Assembly: GCA_943350765.1 (NCBI GenBank)
Contig: CALRAJ010000001.1
Location: 16,873-80,872 of the forward strand
DNA from: Candidatus Tayloriibacteriota bacterium
Lineage (GTDB): Bacteria; Patescibacteriota; Minisyncoccia; Phycocordibacterales; PALSA-1337
Direction of reading: 5' to 3'
Length of the DNA: 64,000 nucleotides
The notes under the pieces were generated by a model that saw only the letters and a list, made by a program, of their open reading frames with translations, did not search any database and had not been told where the DNA came from. Positions 45,586-54,793 of this stretch are shown one piece after another. Each line of letters begins with the position of its first letter. Position 1 is the stretch's first letter. Both the position numbers and the translations under genes were made by a program.

Positions 45586-45812
45586 TTTTATTGCAATTGT
45601 GGAGAATTCCCCGACGGCTTGCCGCGGGGATGAATCCGCAAGAATGAGGATGAGGCTGGCGGAGCCGACACTTCTGCATCCGCTCAATTCCGATTGAGCG
45701 AGCAGTAGTCGTATGACTACAACAAAGTTTACCCTGTCGTCTCGCCTAATACCCCGCCGAGGTACTCCGAGGGGATAGCTTGCTACGGGTATAGGACGAG
45801 ACTAAACTTTAT
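45586..45812 (-). repeat. GC-rich structured element, copy B (inverted relative to copy A; missing the 5' arm of the long stem)
   Basis: Its reverse complement aligns with 18688-18954 along its length. There are scattered substitutions and an approximately 37 bp deletion. Confidence 0.6.
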
Positions 45813-46186
45813 GCTATTGGCGAAGCCTCATCTTTTGAAGACGCAAATCCGAGTGCAAGAATCACCACTCCCAGTACTACATGGAGCCAGTTGTCAGCAC
45901 CATTTACCTCAATAAATCCAAGGAGTGGGCTAGTCATAACAAAACCGAGAAGAGCGACCAGTAGATACACCACACCGACCACCTTTAAGACAAGTGCCGC
46001 CTTATCTACCGCAAATAAAGCTACTGCAAGTAGGACAAGACCTACGATCAAATGGACTAGGTCATGGGCAGTATTTGTGTGAAATAATGCTCCAGTATCG
46101 CTTCCGACTATTGGAGTACCAATCATTCCCAATACCGCAACTAAAACAAACACTACACCCAATACAAGACTTGTTGTTTTTGCCAT
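45809..46186 (-). CDS. small membrane protein, 4 TM helices, DUF4383-like
   Basis: A hydrophobic 125 aa protein with a pattern resembling the DUF4383 family (FHTNTAHDLVHLIVG). Confidence 0.5.
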   Translation of the reverse strand: MAKTTSLVLGVVFVLVAVLGMIGTPIVGSDTGALFHTNTAHDLVHLIVGLVLLAVALFAVDKAALVLKVVGVVYLLVALLGFVMTSPLLGFIEVNGADNWLHVVLGVVILALGFASSKDEASPIA

Positions 46187-46328
46187 ATATTTTATGTATT
46201 AAAATTAAATTATTATACTATTAAGCAAAGTACCGACCATTCTTAATACTAAATTATATACCTCAATATCATAAAAATATATACCGAATGTGGATAACTT
46301 AAATGAGTATCTGCTATAATGTGGTTTA

Positions 46329-46567
46329 CTCCAAATTACAAAATGCGTTGAAGGCGTATCTTTTAAATGGACTTTCACATCAGTTAGATGATGTGTTCCT
46401 GTAGACGGCGCAAGGTGGGTAACCGAGACTTGAGAGATTTTCTAGCAAGAAAATACTCGTGCCCCGTCTACAGGTGGTCTATTAGTTAGGAATAGACATC
46501 TGTGGACGATCTATCCCTAACCGATAGACCTTTAAAAGATATGCTGAGAAAGCAATTTGTAATTTGG
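46329..46567. repeat. MITE-like palindromic element, full length, + orientation, lying in the zwf 5' leader region
   Basis: The termini are CTCCAAATTACAAAATGCG...CAATTTGTAATTTGGGG. It carries the inner palindrome and the conserved core, and is about 96% identical to the copy at 20772-21012. Confidence 0.75.
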
Positions 46568-46577
46568 GGTAAATTAA

Positions 46578-47999
46578 ATGGAAAAAGCTATATTTACTGA
46601 TTCGGGGCAAGTTACTCCGACTATATTTATCATCTGTGGTGTTACAGGTGATCTGGCTCAGCGAAAGTTACTGCCTGCACTACTTAGCTTGTATGTAAAA
46701 AAGCTATTACCTCACAAATTTAAAATTGTGGGTTTTTCAAGGCGGGAATTTTCTGATCAGGACTTTAGGCTTTTTTTACGCGAAGAAATGCATATAAATC
46801 ATAATGTATACCGACCTGAGGACATACATCGTTTTTTAAACAACATTGTTTATCAGCAGGGGCAGTTTGATATCTCTACCGCGTATGAAAATCTGGCAAA
46901 GAAACTTCTACATATTGATGAGGTAGAATTTAAACAATGCTCAAATAAATTATTTCATCTTTCGGTGGCACCTTCATTCTATGAGACTATTTTGGGTCAT
47001 CTTTCAAATTCGGGACTTACTATTCCTTGTGGTGGTAATCTCGGCTGGACTCGGATACTCGTGGAAAAGCCATTTGGCAATGATATAGAAACAGCAAAAA
47101 AGCTCGACATTTTGCTAGGGACTCTTTTTAAGGAGGAGCAAATCTTTCGCATCGATCATTACTTTGCAAAAGAAGCACTTCAAAATATCTTAGCTTTCCG
47201 TTTCTCAAATTCACTTTTTGAGCCTTTATGGAACAACAAATACATTGATTGTGTGCATATACAGCTACTTGAAAAAATAGGTATCGAGGGTCGAGGTACC
47301 TTTTACGATAGTGTCGGTGCATTGAAGGATGTTGGTCAAAATCACATTCTTGCGATGCTTGCACTACTTGCTATGGATAAGCCCGATGCTTTTGACGCAC
47401 AAAGCATTAGAAAAAAGAGGGCAAATGTTTTAAAAAATCTACTACCTATTAATAAAAATATATGTGATTCCGTTGTCCGCGCCCAATATATCGGATATTC
47501 TGAGGAGTCAGGTGTTTTGGCTAATTCGACGACTGAAACATATTTTCAGCTCAAAACTTTTATTGATACAAAAGTTTGGAAAGGAGTACCATTTTATCTT
47601 GAAAGTGGCAAAGCATTAAATGAAAATAGGGCTGAAATCTCTATTTATTTTAAAGATACTACAGGCAAGGATAAGACAAATGTGCTTTCTCTTAGAATCC
47701 AACCAGATGAAGCAATCAAGATTCGTTTTTGGATAAAAAAGCCCGGTTTTGATATGGAAACAGAGGCGAAAACCTTATCATTTCACTACAAAGATTTTCA
47801 TAGTACCGACTCAATCCCCGATGCCTATGAGAGGGTGCTGTACGATGCTATTATCGGAGACCAAACACTTTTCACTAGCACAGACGAGGTAAAGTACGCG
47901 TGGAGGTTCATCACACCCATTATTGATATGTGGAAGACAACACCTCTATATAAATATAAAAAAGGTAGTCGTGGTCCAGATAGTACCGATCAATCATGA
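46578..47999 (+). CDS. zwf: glucose-6-phosphate 1-dehydrogenase
   Basis: An NADP-binding motif (GVTGDLAQRKLLPAL) and the G6PD active-site motif (RIDHYFAKE) are present. Confidence 0.8.
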   Translation: MEKAIFTDSGQVTPTIFIICGVTGDLAQRKLLPALLSLYVKKLLPHKFKIVGFSRREFSDQDFRLFLREEMHINHNVYRPEDIHRFLNNIVYQQGQFDISTAYENLAKKLLHIDEVEFKQCSNKLFHLSVAPSFYETILGHLSNSGLTIPCGGNLGWTRILVEKPFGNDIETAKKLDILLGTLFKEEQIFRIDHYFAKEALQNILAFRFSNSLFEPLWNNKYIDCVHIQLLEKIGIEGRGTFYDSVGALKDVGQNHILAMLALLAMDKPDAFDAQSIRKKRANVLKNLLPINKNICDSVVRAQYIGYSEESGVLANSTTETYFQLKTFIDTKVWKGVPFYLESGKALNENRAEISIYFKDTTGKDKTNVLSLRIQPDEAIKIRFWIKKPGFDMETEAKTLSFHYKDFHSTDSIPDAYERVLYDAIIGDQTLFTSTDEVKYAWRFITPIIDMWKTTPLYKYKKGSRGPDSTDQS

Positions 48000-49090
48000 A
48001 AAATCAAAAAATAGATAAAGTTTTTTTGTTTAGTGTAATTTTCCTAACAGTTGGAGGGTTTTTTATTTTTAGTTCAGCGTCTCTGGGTTTATTGGCTAGA
48101 AGTGGAACACAATTTGATTCGATTGCCCTGACACAAGGATTGGGTTTGATTCTAGGGTTTATTGGCATGGCTTTTACAGCACATCTTGACTACAATATCT
48201 GGCGCAAATACGCTTTCTACATATTTCTTGCATCAATAATTTTAAATATAATTATTTTTATTCCAGGACTTGGTATTGAGCATGGTGGCGCAAAAAGATG
48301 GTTGGATATAGGACCGATCTCATTACAGCCGTCCGAGTTTTTAAAAATTGGCTTCATTATATATTTTGCTGCCTGGCTATCTGGAGTAAAAGACAAAATA
48401 TCCCTATTTCGATATAGCCTTTTACCACTTCTCGTAATCGTCGCCATTCTCGGTCCAATTTTATATTTACAAACAGATACTAAAACACTGGTAATCATTT
48501 TTATGGCTGGTATCGCTATGTTACTGGTCGGGGGTGCACAGTGGAAACATATTGCGATTCTGGGTCTAGTTTCTATAATGGCTATCAGTGCCTTGGCATA
48601 CACTCGACCATATATAAAAGAGAGGTTGTTTACTTTTGTAAATCCAGCGAGTAACCCACAAGGTTCTGGGTATCAAATACAGCAGTCTTTGATCGCTATT
48701 GGCTCAGGTCAAATGTTCGGTAGAGGGTTTGGTCAGAGTGTTCAAAAATTCAATTTTCTACCTGAGCCTATTGGAGATTCTATTTTTGCAGTACAGGCTG
48801 AGGAGTTTGGTTTTGCTGGAAGTGTTACTCTCATTTTTGTATTTCTATTCTTTGGTTTTAGGGCGCTCCGAATAGCCTCAAAAAGCACCAACCAATTTGG
48901 TGGACTATTGGTCGTGGGAATTGTTATACTAGTGTTATCGGAGTCTTTTATGAACATTGCTTCGATGCTCGGTGTGATACCGCTTTCTGGAATGCCTTTA
49001 CTTTTTGTTAGTCATGGAGGTACAGCACTCCTACTAGTATTGGCAGAAGTAGGTATGATTTTGAATGTTTCCAAATATCAAAAAAAGTAA
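47996..49090 (+). CDS. ftsW: SEDS-family peptidoglycan glycosyltransferase (FtsW/RodA)
   Basis: Ten TM helices and the SEDS motifs (PSEFLKIGFIIYFAAWL; GQSVQKFNFLPEP) are present. The gene overlaps the zwf stop (ATGA). Confidence 0.8.
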   Translation: MKNQKIDKVFLFSVIFLTVGGFFIFSSASLGLLARSGTQFDSIALTQGLGLILGFIGMAFTAHLDYNIWRKYAFYIFLASIILNIIIFIPGLGIEHGGAKRWLDIGPISLQPSEFLKIGFIIYFAAWLSGVKDKISLFRYSLLPLLVIVAILGPILYLQTDTKTLVIIFMAGIAMLLVGGAQWKHIAILGLVSIMAISALAYTRPYIKERLFTFVNPASNPQGSGYQIQQSLIAIGSGQMFGRGFGQSVQKFNFLPEPIGDSIFAVQAEEFGFAGSVTLIFVFLFFGFRALRIASKSTNQFGGLLVVGIVILVLSESFMNIASMLGVIPLSGMPLLFVSHGGTALLLVLAEVGMILNVSKYQKK

Positions 49091-49094
49091 AATT

Positions 49095-50222
49095 ATGAAA
49101 ATACTATTAACAGGTGGTGGTACGGGTGGACACTTTTATCCAATAATTGCTATTGCATCGGCTATCCGTGAGGTCGCTCGAGCTGAAAAAGTGATTGCCC
49201 CACAGATATATTATATGGCTGAGACTCAGTATGATAGCCGTGTACTTTTTGATAATGAAATTACATTCATACCTATTTCTGCTGGAAAGATGCGTAATTA
49301 TTTTTCAATATTAAATTTCTTCGATCTATTTAAAACTATTTGGGGAACCATCAAGGCGACTATTGATATGTTTAGTATTTACCCTGATGTTGTTTTTGGA
49401 AAAGGTGGATATGTCAGTTTTCCCGCACTTTTTGCTGCGAGGATTTTACGTATTCCAGTAATTATTCACGAGTCAGATAGTGTACCTGGTAGAGTAAACA
49501 AGTGGGCAGGTAAGTTTGCTCAGAAAATCGCTGTTTCATTTAAAGATGCTGCCGATGAATTCCCAGCAGAAAAGGTGGCTTTTACGGGCAACCCTATTCG
49601 GCATGAGTTACTCACACCCCTTAAAAATGGCGCGCATGAATTTTTAAAGCTCGATCCCAATATACCCACCATCTTAATCATTGGCGGTTCGCAGGGTTCA
49701 CGAGTGATCAACGACACTATTTTAGATATTGTGCCTAACCTTGTCGAAAAGTATCAGATAATCCATCAGACGGGTAAAGATAATTTCGCAGATGTTTCTG
49801 GTCGCTCACAAATAATTTTACAGAAAAACCCAGAGAAGGATCGTTATCATCCGTACGATTATTTAAATGTCTTAGCTTTGCGTATGGTCGCAGGTGTGGC
49901 GGATCTGGCTATATCTCGTGCAGGGTCTACTATATTTGAAATCGCTTGTTGGGGTATGCCAGCTATTCTAATACCCATTGAAAATTCTCATGGCGATCAT
50001 CAGCTAAAAAATGCTTTTAATTATGCACGGGAAGGTGGGGCGGTGGTAATAGAGGAGGGCAATCTCACTCCACATGTACTACTCGGAGAGATAAATAGAC
50101 TAATGGAAAGCAAGGAGATTCGTTTAAAAATGTCCCAATCTGCCAAGGCTTTTGCACGCACTGATTCGGTGACTGTTATTGCAAAAGAGATACTCTCTAT
50201 TGCTTTGAGGCACGAAAATTGA
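49095..50222 (+). CDS. murG: UDP-N-acetylglucosamine--N-acetylmuramyl-(pentapeptide) pyrophosphoryl-undecaprenol N-acetylglucosamine transferase
   Basis: Contains the MurG G-loop MKILLTGGGTGGHFYP. It is a GT28 two-domain protein. The ORF track opens at 49065 inside ftsW. Confidence 0.85.
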   Translation: MKILLTGGGTGGHFYPIIAIASAIREVARAEKVIAPQIYYMAETQYDSRVLFDNEITFIPISAGKMRNYFSILNFFDLFKTIWGTIKATIDMFSIYPDVVFGKGGYVSFPALFAARILRIPVIIHESDSVPGRVNKWAGKFAQKIAVSFKDAADEFPAEKVAFTGNPIRHELLTPLKNGAHEFLKLDPNIPTILIIGGSQGSRVINDTILDIVPNLVEKYQIIHQTGKDNFADVSGRSQIILQKNPEKDRYHPYDYLNVLALRMVAGVADLAISRAGSTIFEIACWGMPAILIPIENSHGDHQLKNAFNYAREGGAVVIEEGNLTPHVLLGEINRLMESKEIRLKMSQSAKAFARTDSVTVIAKEILSIALRHEN

Positions 50223-50282
50223 TTGTATGCTATACTATATGCAGTTGGGCTTAATTATTAATTATTTTATAATATAAAATAT

Positions 50283-50795
50283 ATGGAGCAAAATACACAA
50301 GGATCACCGTTTGGAGAGGACAATAAGTCATATTATGTTTGGATTATAGCGATAGTTATCATTATTTTACTTGGCTTTTTTGGTTATAAGATGTATACAA
50401 AAAACAGCACTCCGACAGATGGAGACGACTCTGGCTATGGTCAAAATGGTGGTGTAAATGACGGCACTTCAAAGCCTACAGGTGATATTGAGGTGAGTAA
50501 TCAGATCCCTGGCAATACTGTCTATTTGACATCAGTTACTCTTTCACACCCAGGTTTTGTCGCAGTTTCGATCACCAAGGGTTCGAGTGCTGGAAAGGTT
50601 ATTGGTTCAAAGGCTTTTTCAAAGGGTACAAATCCAGGTCAAGTTTCAGTCTCAGAAAAAACGGTAGAAGGTGAGATATACACGGCTAGTCTCTATGCTG
50701 ATGATGGCGATGGAGTATTTAACGCCACAAAAGACATGTTTATCGTTGAAAAGACATTCCGTGCTACCAAGTACTTGGATTATATAAAGGGGTAA
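50283..50795 (+). CDS. hypothetical membrane-anchored protein, 170 aa
   Basis: An N-terminal TM is followed by a Gly/Ser/Thr-rich linker and a beta-rich C-terminal domain. The gene is preceded by a TGCTATACT box. Confidence 0.5.
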   Translation: MEQNTQGSPFGEDNKSYYVWIIAIVIIILLGFFGYKMYTKNSTPTDGDDSGYGQNGGVNDGTSKPTGDIEVSNQIPGNTVYLTSVTLSHPGFVAVSITKGSSAGKVIGSKAFSKGTNPGQVSVSEKTVEGEIYTASLYADDGDGVFNATKDMFIVEKTFRATKYLDYIKG

Positions 50796-51030
50796 TAATA
50801 GGGGTAGGTAGATATCAGATTTGAGAAGGATAAACGGTCAACGGCTCAATGGTTTAATAATAAAACCATTGAGCCGTTGTCGTGTTTTAGTCTAAACAAG
50901 CTAAAATCTAAACGGCTCTATATAGCCATTTTAATCGGCTAAACACGGGGTTTAGCCGATGGACTATATGTACCACAATTACAATAAAAATCCCGACTGA
51001 TGTGTCGGGGGTGCGGTCTTGCAGTGGGGA

Positions 51031-51450
51031 TTACTGAGGGAACATATCCACCACAACCATATCTTTCCTCATGGATAGGCGGTGTTTGGGAATGTCTGGA
51101 AACTCATCATGGAGGCGAGCTCTGGCTACGCCAAGGGTCTTTAGCAGAAATATGTCGAGTTGTGCCAACTCCGTTTCCAGCTGATGAATCACAGTGTCAC
51201 TAAGTCCTACAGTGAATCTAATTCTGTCGGTAGCAAAATCCTGATAGAACCTCCACAACAGAATCAACATTTTGTTGGTGGTTGTGCCAAGTATTTCTTC
51301 ATGTGGTTGGGGTTTGAGCATTAGCGGATTTGCTAGAACATTGTGATGACCCAGTAAAATCCTTTGGGGTTTATTCCAATTAATTTTTTCCATAATTCTA
51401 TAATTTGTACGATCCGCTAGTATAATAACTGATAACTCTATGAGTGTCAA
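51031..51450 (-). CDS. hypothetical protein with a HEPN/DUF86-like Rx4HxxF motif (ARARLHDEF)
   Basis: The Rx4-6H-type motif lies near the C-terminus of a 139 aa protein. The 3' end of the gene is GC-rich. No minimal nucleotidyltransferase partner is adjacent. Confidence 0.35.
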   Translation of the reverse strand: MTLIELSVIILADRTNYRIMEKINWNKPQRILLGHHNVLANPLMLKPQPHEEILGTTTNKMLILLWRFYQDFATDRIRFTVGLSDTVIHQLETELAQLDIFLLKTLGVARARLHDEFPDIPKHRLSMRKDMVVVDMFPQ

Positions 51451-51504
51451 GTATTTTCGATATTTTGTTTGCGAAATGATCTATTTCAGTGCTACACTTG
51501 CTTG

Positions 51505-52500
51505 ATGATAAAAGGTTTTTGGGATGGTATTAAAAAACGTTCTGGCACAGAGCCATTTTTCGTGATGGCACCTCTTGCGGATGTTACGGATATTGCTTTT
51601 CGAGAAATTATTTCAAAATATAGTAGACAGGGAAAGGAATATGGTGGACCAGCGGTACTTTGGACTGAGTTTGTATCAGCGGACGGATTGTGTTCTCCTG
51701 GTAGAAAAGTCTTAGAAAGAGATCTCGCATATACTGAAGGACAGAGACCGATAGTAGCCCAGCTTTTTACTGCACATCCTGACAAAATGCGAGAAGCTTG
51801 TACACTCGTACGAAAGCTCGGTTTTGATGGTATTGATATAAATATGGGCTGTCCAGACAAGTCTATTGAAAAGCAATGTGCTGGGGCGGCGATGATTAAA
51901 AATCCTGAGCTTGCTCGCGAGGTAATAAAATCAGCACGGGAAGGCGCTCTAGATATTCCTGTGTCAGTAAAGACGCGTATTGGTTATAATAAAAATGAAA
52001 TTGAGACATGGATTGCTTTTTTACTTGAGCTAAAACTGCCAGTACTCACGGTACATCTCCGTACACGAAAGGAAATGTCCGATGTACCTGCCCACTGGAA
52101 TTTGATGCCATCTATTATTGCGTTGCGAGACAAGATTTCACCAGAGACTTTGATAATCGGCAACGGTGATGCGATGAGTTTAGAAGACGGTAGACAAAAA
52201 GCGATTGTGAGTGGGGCAGATGGGGTGATGTTTGGACGAGCAATTTTTGGCAACCCGTGGCTTTTTGATACCCATAAAAAAGTGGTGTCTACGCGAGAGA
52301 GGCTGGAAGTGATGCTCGAGCATACGATGCTTTTTGAAAAGCTACTTGGTGATATAAAAAACTTTGCTATCATGAAAAAGCACTACAAAGCGTATGTAAC
52401 AGGCTTTGATGGTGCAAAGGAGCTTCGGGTGAAGCTGATGGAGACAAGTAGTGCCGAGGAGGTGAAAAAGATCGTGGGGGAGTATTTGGGGTCGATATGA
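51505..52500 (+). CDS. dus: tRNA-dihydrouridine synthase (TIM-barrel flavoenzyme)
   Basis: Contains the Dus motifs PLADVTDIAFR, the catalytic-cysteine context NMGCP and VKTRIG. The ORF opens at 51469. Confidence 0.8.
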   Translation: MIKGFWDGIKKRSGTEPFFVMAPLADVTDIAFREIISKYSRQGKEYGGPAVLWTEFVSADGLCSPGRKVLERDLAYTEGQRPIVAQLFTAHPDKMREACTLVRKLGFDGIDINMGCPDKSIEKQCAGAAMIKNPELAREVIKSAREGALDIPVSVKTRIGYNKNEIETWIAFLLELKLPVLTVHLRTRKEMSDVPAHWNLMPSIIALRDKISPETLIIGNGDAMSLEDGRQKAIVSGADGVMFGRAIFGNPWLFDTHKKVVSTRERLEVMLEHTMLFEKLLGDIKNFAIMKKHYKAYVTGFDGAKELRVKLMETSSAEEVKKIVGEYLGSI

Positions 52501-52614
52501 TATAAATGTATTATAATATGCAACTCACCTAAAAAACTATTATTATTTTATATAGTTAATATTTAAATAAATTTAAATAAAGTTATCCACACCTCTCCCC
52601 TCACTACAAACCTA

Positions 52615-52818
52615 GTGTATAATAGGAACATGGAAAAAATTTACAAAATAACAAAAGGTCAGTTAGCTACCCTGTGGATTTTCGGTGTTTGGGTTTTGTT
52701 TTGGGCGATGGATAAAGACGATATGGGTTCAGAATGGGCAGGATTTATCGGTATAATAACCGTTTCGATCCTTGTTTTTTATACTATTGGTTGGCGTAAT
52801 TATCGTAAGAAGGTTTGA
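52615..52818 (+). CDS. small two-TM protein, 67 aa
   Basis: An ORF with hydrophobic helices only. The coding call is weak. Confidence 0.25.
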   Translation: MYNRNMEKIYKITKGQLATLWIFGVWVLFWAMDKDDMGSEWAGFIGIITVSILVFYTIGWRNYRKKV

Positions 52819-52907
52819 CTTACTCCATAGGTCTCTTTTTAGCAACATTATGTGCTATAATTTACTAATTGTCGCTTTTAACCTAGAAAGGTGGTATACT
52901 GAACTAT

Positions 52908-53234
52908 ATGGAAAATGACAAAATGAATTACGGGATGATATTTGCAGGTTTCAATGTCTCTGAAGAAGAAAAGTTCAGAGTTGGGACAGAGATCACAAAA
53001 GTTGGTAGTTTGACTTTCGATAAGATCGAAAAGAGTGCTGAAGGCTGGTTTGCTCAGTGTAAAGAGATTGAAGGAATAATTGCAGGTAGTACAAATCCTA
53101 CTCCGACAAACACAGAAATCGAATCTGAAATCAGGCAGGCAATATTTTCTGCTTTTAATGTTAAAATAATAGAAACACCAACTGAAACACCTTTTAAGTT
53201 TGAATACGGGAGAGCATTAAAAAACCAAGATTAA
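52908..53234 (+). CDS. hicB: HicB-like antitoxin (UPF0150 / RNase H-like fold)
   Basis: The pattern EGWFAQCKEIEGIIAGSTN...ESEIRQAI resembles the HicB consensus E.G.Y.A..PE.PG..SQG.T.EEA..N..EAI. The gene is preceded by TGCTATAAT. Confidence 0.45.
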   Translation: MENDKMNYGMIFAGFNVSEEEKFRVGTEITKVGSLTFDKIEKSAEGWFAQCKEIEGIIAGSTNPTPTNTEIESEIRQAIFSAFNVKIIETPTETPFKFEYGRALKNQD

Positions 53235-53237
53235 GAA

Positions 53238-53531
53238 ATGGCTGGTACTAGTATTAAAAACCAACAACTGAAAGCGGGTTTAGGTAACGTTGGTTTTAAG
53301 GACTGGATTAAGTTTGCGAATGGTAAAAACCTTCTGGTTATAGCTGGCGGTAGTGGCTCACATTACACAAATATAAGAAACCCCCAAATACCTGATCCGA
53401 AAGACCCCCGTGGTTTAATTACAACTATTACACCAAACTGTTTCAAGCAAGCCAACGAAGAGATTTTTAAGAGATTTCTTAAGTTCGGTATATCTGAGGA
53501 CGATATTTGGCGAGGACTCGGAAAATTATAA
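53238..53531 (+). CDS. hicA: HicA-like mRNA interferase toxin (divergent, 97 aa)
   Basis: The motif GSGSHYTNIRNP and the tail IFKRFLKFGIS resemble the YcfA/HicA fold (GSHxxxxxP...Ixxxi.kQaGi). The gene lies 3 nt after hicB. Confidence 0.35.
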   Translation: MAGTSIKNQQLKAGLGNVGFKDWIKFANGKNLLVIAGGSGSHYTNIRNPQIPDPKDPRGLITTITPNCFKQANEEIFKRFLKFGISEDDIWRGLGKL

Positions 53532-53564
53532 TTATAAAATCTTATAGTACTTATAAACAATAAT

Positions 53565-53573
53565 TTGCTATAC
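53565..53573 (+). promoter_or_regulatory. extended -10 box TGCTATACT, 7 nt before the dnaX ATG (leaderless-type)
   Basis: Read from the sequence. It belongs to the recurring family. Confidence 0.4.
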
Positions 53574-53580
53574 TACCCAC

Positions 53581-54609
53581 ATGTCGCAAGTCGCACTATA
53601 TCGAAAATATCGTCCACAAGCATTTAAAGAAGTCCGTGGTCAGGAGGCGGTGGTTACTGTGCTTACCAATGCTATTGCTCAGGGTACTATTTCTCACGCT
53701 TATCTTTTTTGCGGTTCTCGGGGTACAGGTAAGACGAGTGTGGCTAGAATATTTGCTCAGGCTATCGGCACGACACCAGAAGATCTGTACGAGATAGACG
53801 CAGCTTCAAACCGTGGTATCGATGATATCCGTGAGCTTCGTGAGTCGGTCAGTACCTTGCCATTTAAATCAAAATACAAAGTCTATATTATCGACGAGGT
53901 ACACATGCTCACAAAGGAGGCTTTTAACGCCCTTTTAAAAACTCTTGAGGAGCCACCAGCTCATGTGGTATTTATTCTCGCCACTACAGAGATGCACAAG
54001 CTTCCAGAGACTGTTGTATCTCGTTGTCAGTCATTTACTTTTCGCAGACCCAGTCGGGAAATTTTAAAAGAAGTAATCCTCAAAACAGCTGAGAAAGAGG
54101 GGTATGCGATAGACAGTCCATCTGCTGAGCTTGTGGCATTGCTCGGTGATGGCTCGTTTCGAGATACGCATGGGATTTTACAAAAAGTAATTGGGTCAGT
54201 AAAAGGTAAAAAGATTACCTTAGATGCTGTACAAAGTGTAACTGGCGCTCCAAAAGGCGAGCTGGTCAATGAGTTTGTTTCGGGTCTAGCACTAAAAAAT
54301 AAAGATAAATGTTTGAATGCTATCGCCTCGGCAGTAAGCGAAAATCTGGACATGAAAATATACCTCACACTGATTTTACAGAAAGTTCGTGCGGTATTAC
54401 TCATTAGAAATAGCGAGACTGCATCAAAAAGATTAAAGGAGGAGTTTTCAGTAGAGGATTTTGATTTACTAATAAATCTCTCAACATCACCAATGAGTGC
54501 TATTTCCTCTAACACGCTTGTCGAGCTTTTAAACACCTACGACCTTATTGGTATTTCGGCTATCGAACAGCTACCACTCGAGCTGGCGGTGCTAAAGGTG
54601 TTGGGGTAA
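53581..54609 (+). CDS. dnaX: DNA polymerase III subunit gamma/tau, short form (AAA+ clamp-loader ATPase)
   Basis: The N-terminus LYRKYRPQAFKEVRGQE, Walker A (GSRGTGKTS), Walker B (IIDEVHML) and sensor motifs are present. The C-terminal tau domains are absent. Confidence 0.75.
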   Translation: MSQVALYRKYRPQAFKEVRGQEAVVTVLTNAIAQGTISHAYLFCGSRGTGKTSVARIFAQAIGTTPEDLYEIDAASNRGIDDIRELRESVSTLPFKSKYKVYIIDEVHMLTKEAFNALLKTLEEPPAHVVFILATTEMHKLPETVVSRCQSFTFRRPSREILKEVILKTAEKEGYAIDSPSAELVALLGDGSFRDTHGILQKVIGSVKGKKITLDAVQSVTGAPKGELVNEFVSGLALKNKDKCLNAIASAVSENLDMKIYLTLILQKVRAVLLIRNSETASKRLKEEFSVEDFDLLINLSTSPMSAISSNTLVELLNTYDLIGISAIEQLPLELAVLKVLG

Positions 54610-54663
54610 TAAAACTATACTTTTTTTCAGTGTACACTCGCTGGTGTATTTTTATGCACCCCA

Positions 54664-54755
54664 CCCCCGAAATTGCAGTAGCAATTTCGGGGGCTAGTTT
54701 TCATCGGCTAAACCCCGTGTTTAGCCGATTAAAATGGCTCAACAGAGCCATTTCG
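54664..54755. repeat. three consecutive hairpin modules (CCCCCGAAATTGC...GCAATTTCGGGGG; GGCTAAACCCCGTGTTTAGCC; TGGCTCAACAGAGCCA)
   Basis: All three are perfect inverted repeats from the same families seen elsewhere in the window. Confidence 0.5.
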
Positions 54756-54793
54756 AAAAAGTGGTTTTTTAGCCAAAATCGCCGCTTTATGGT

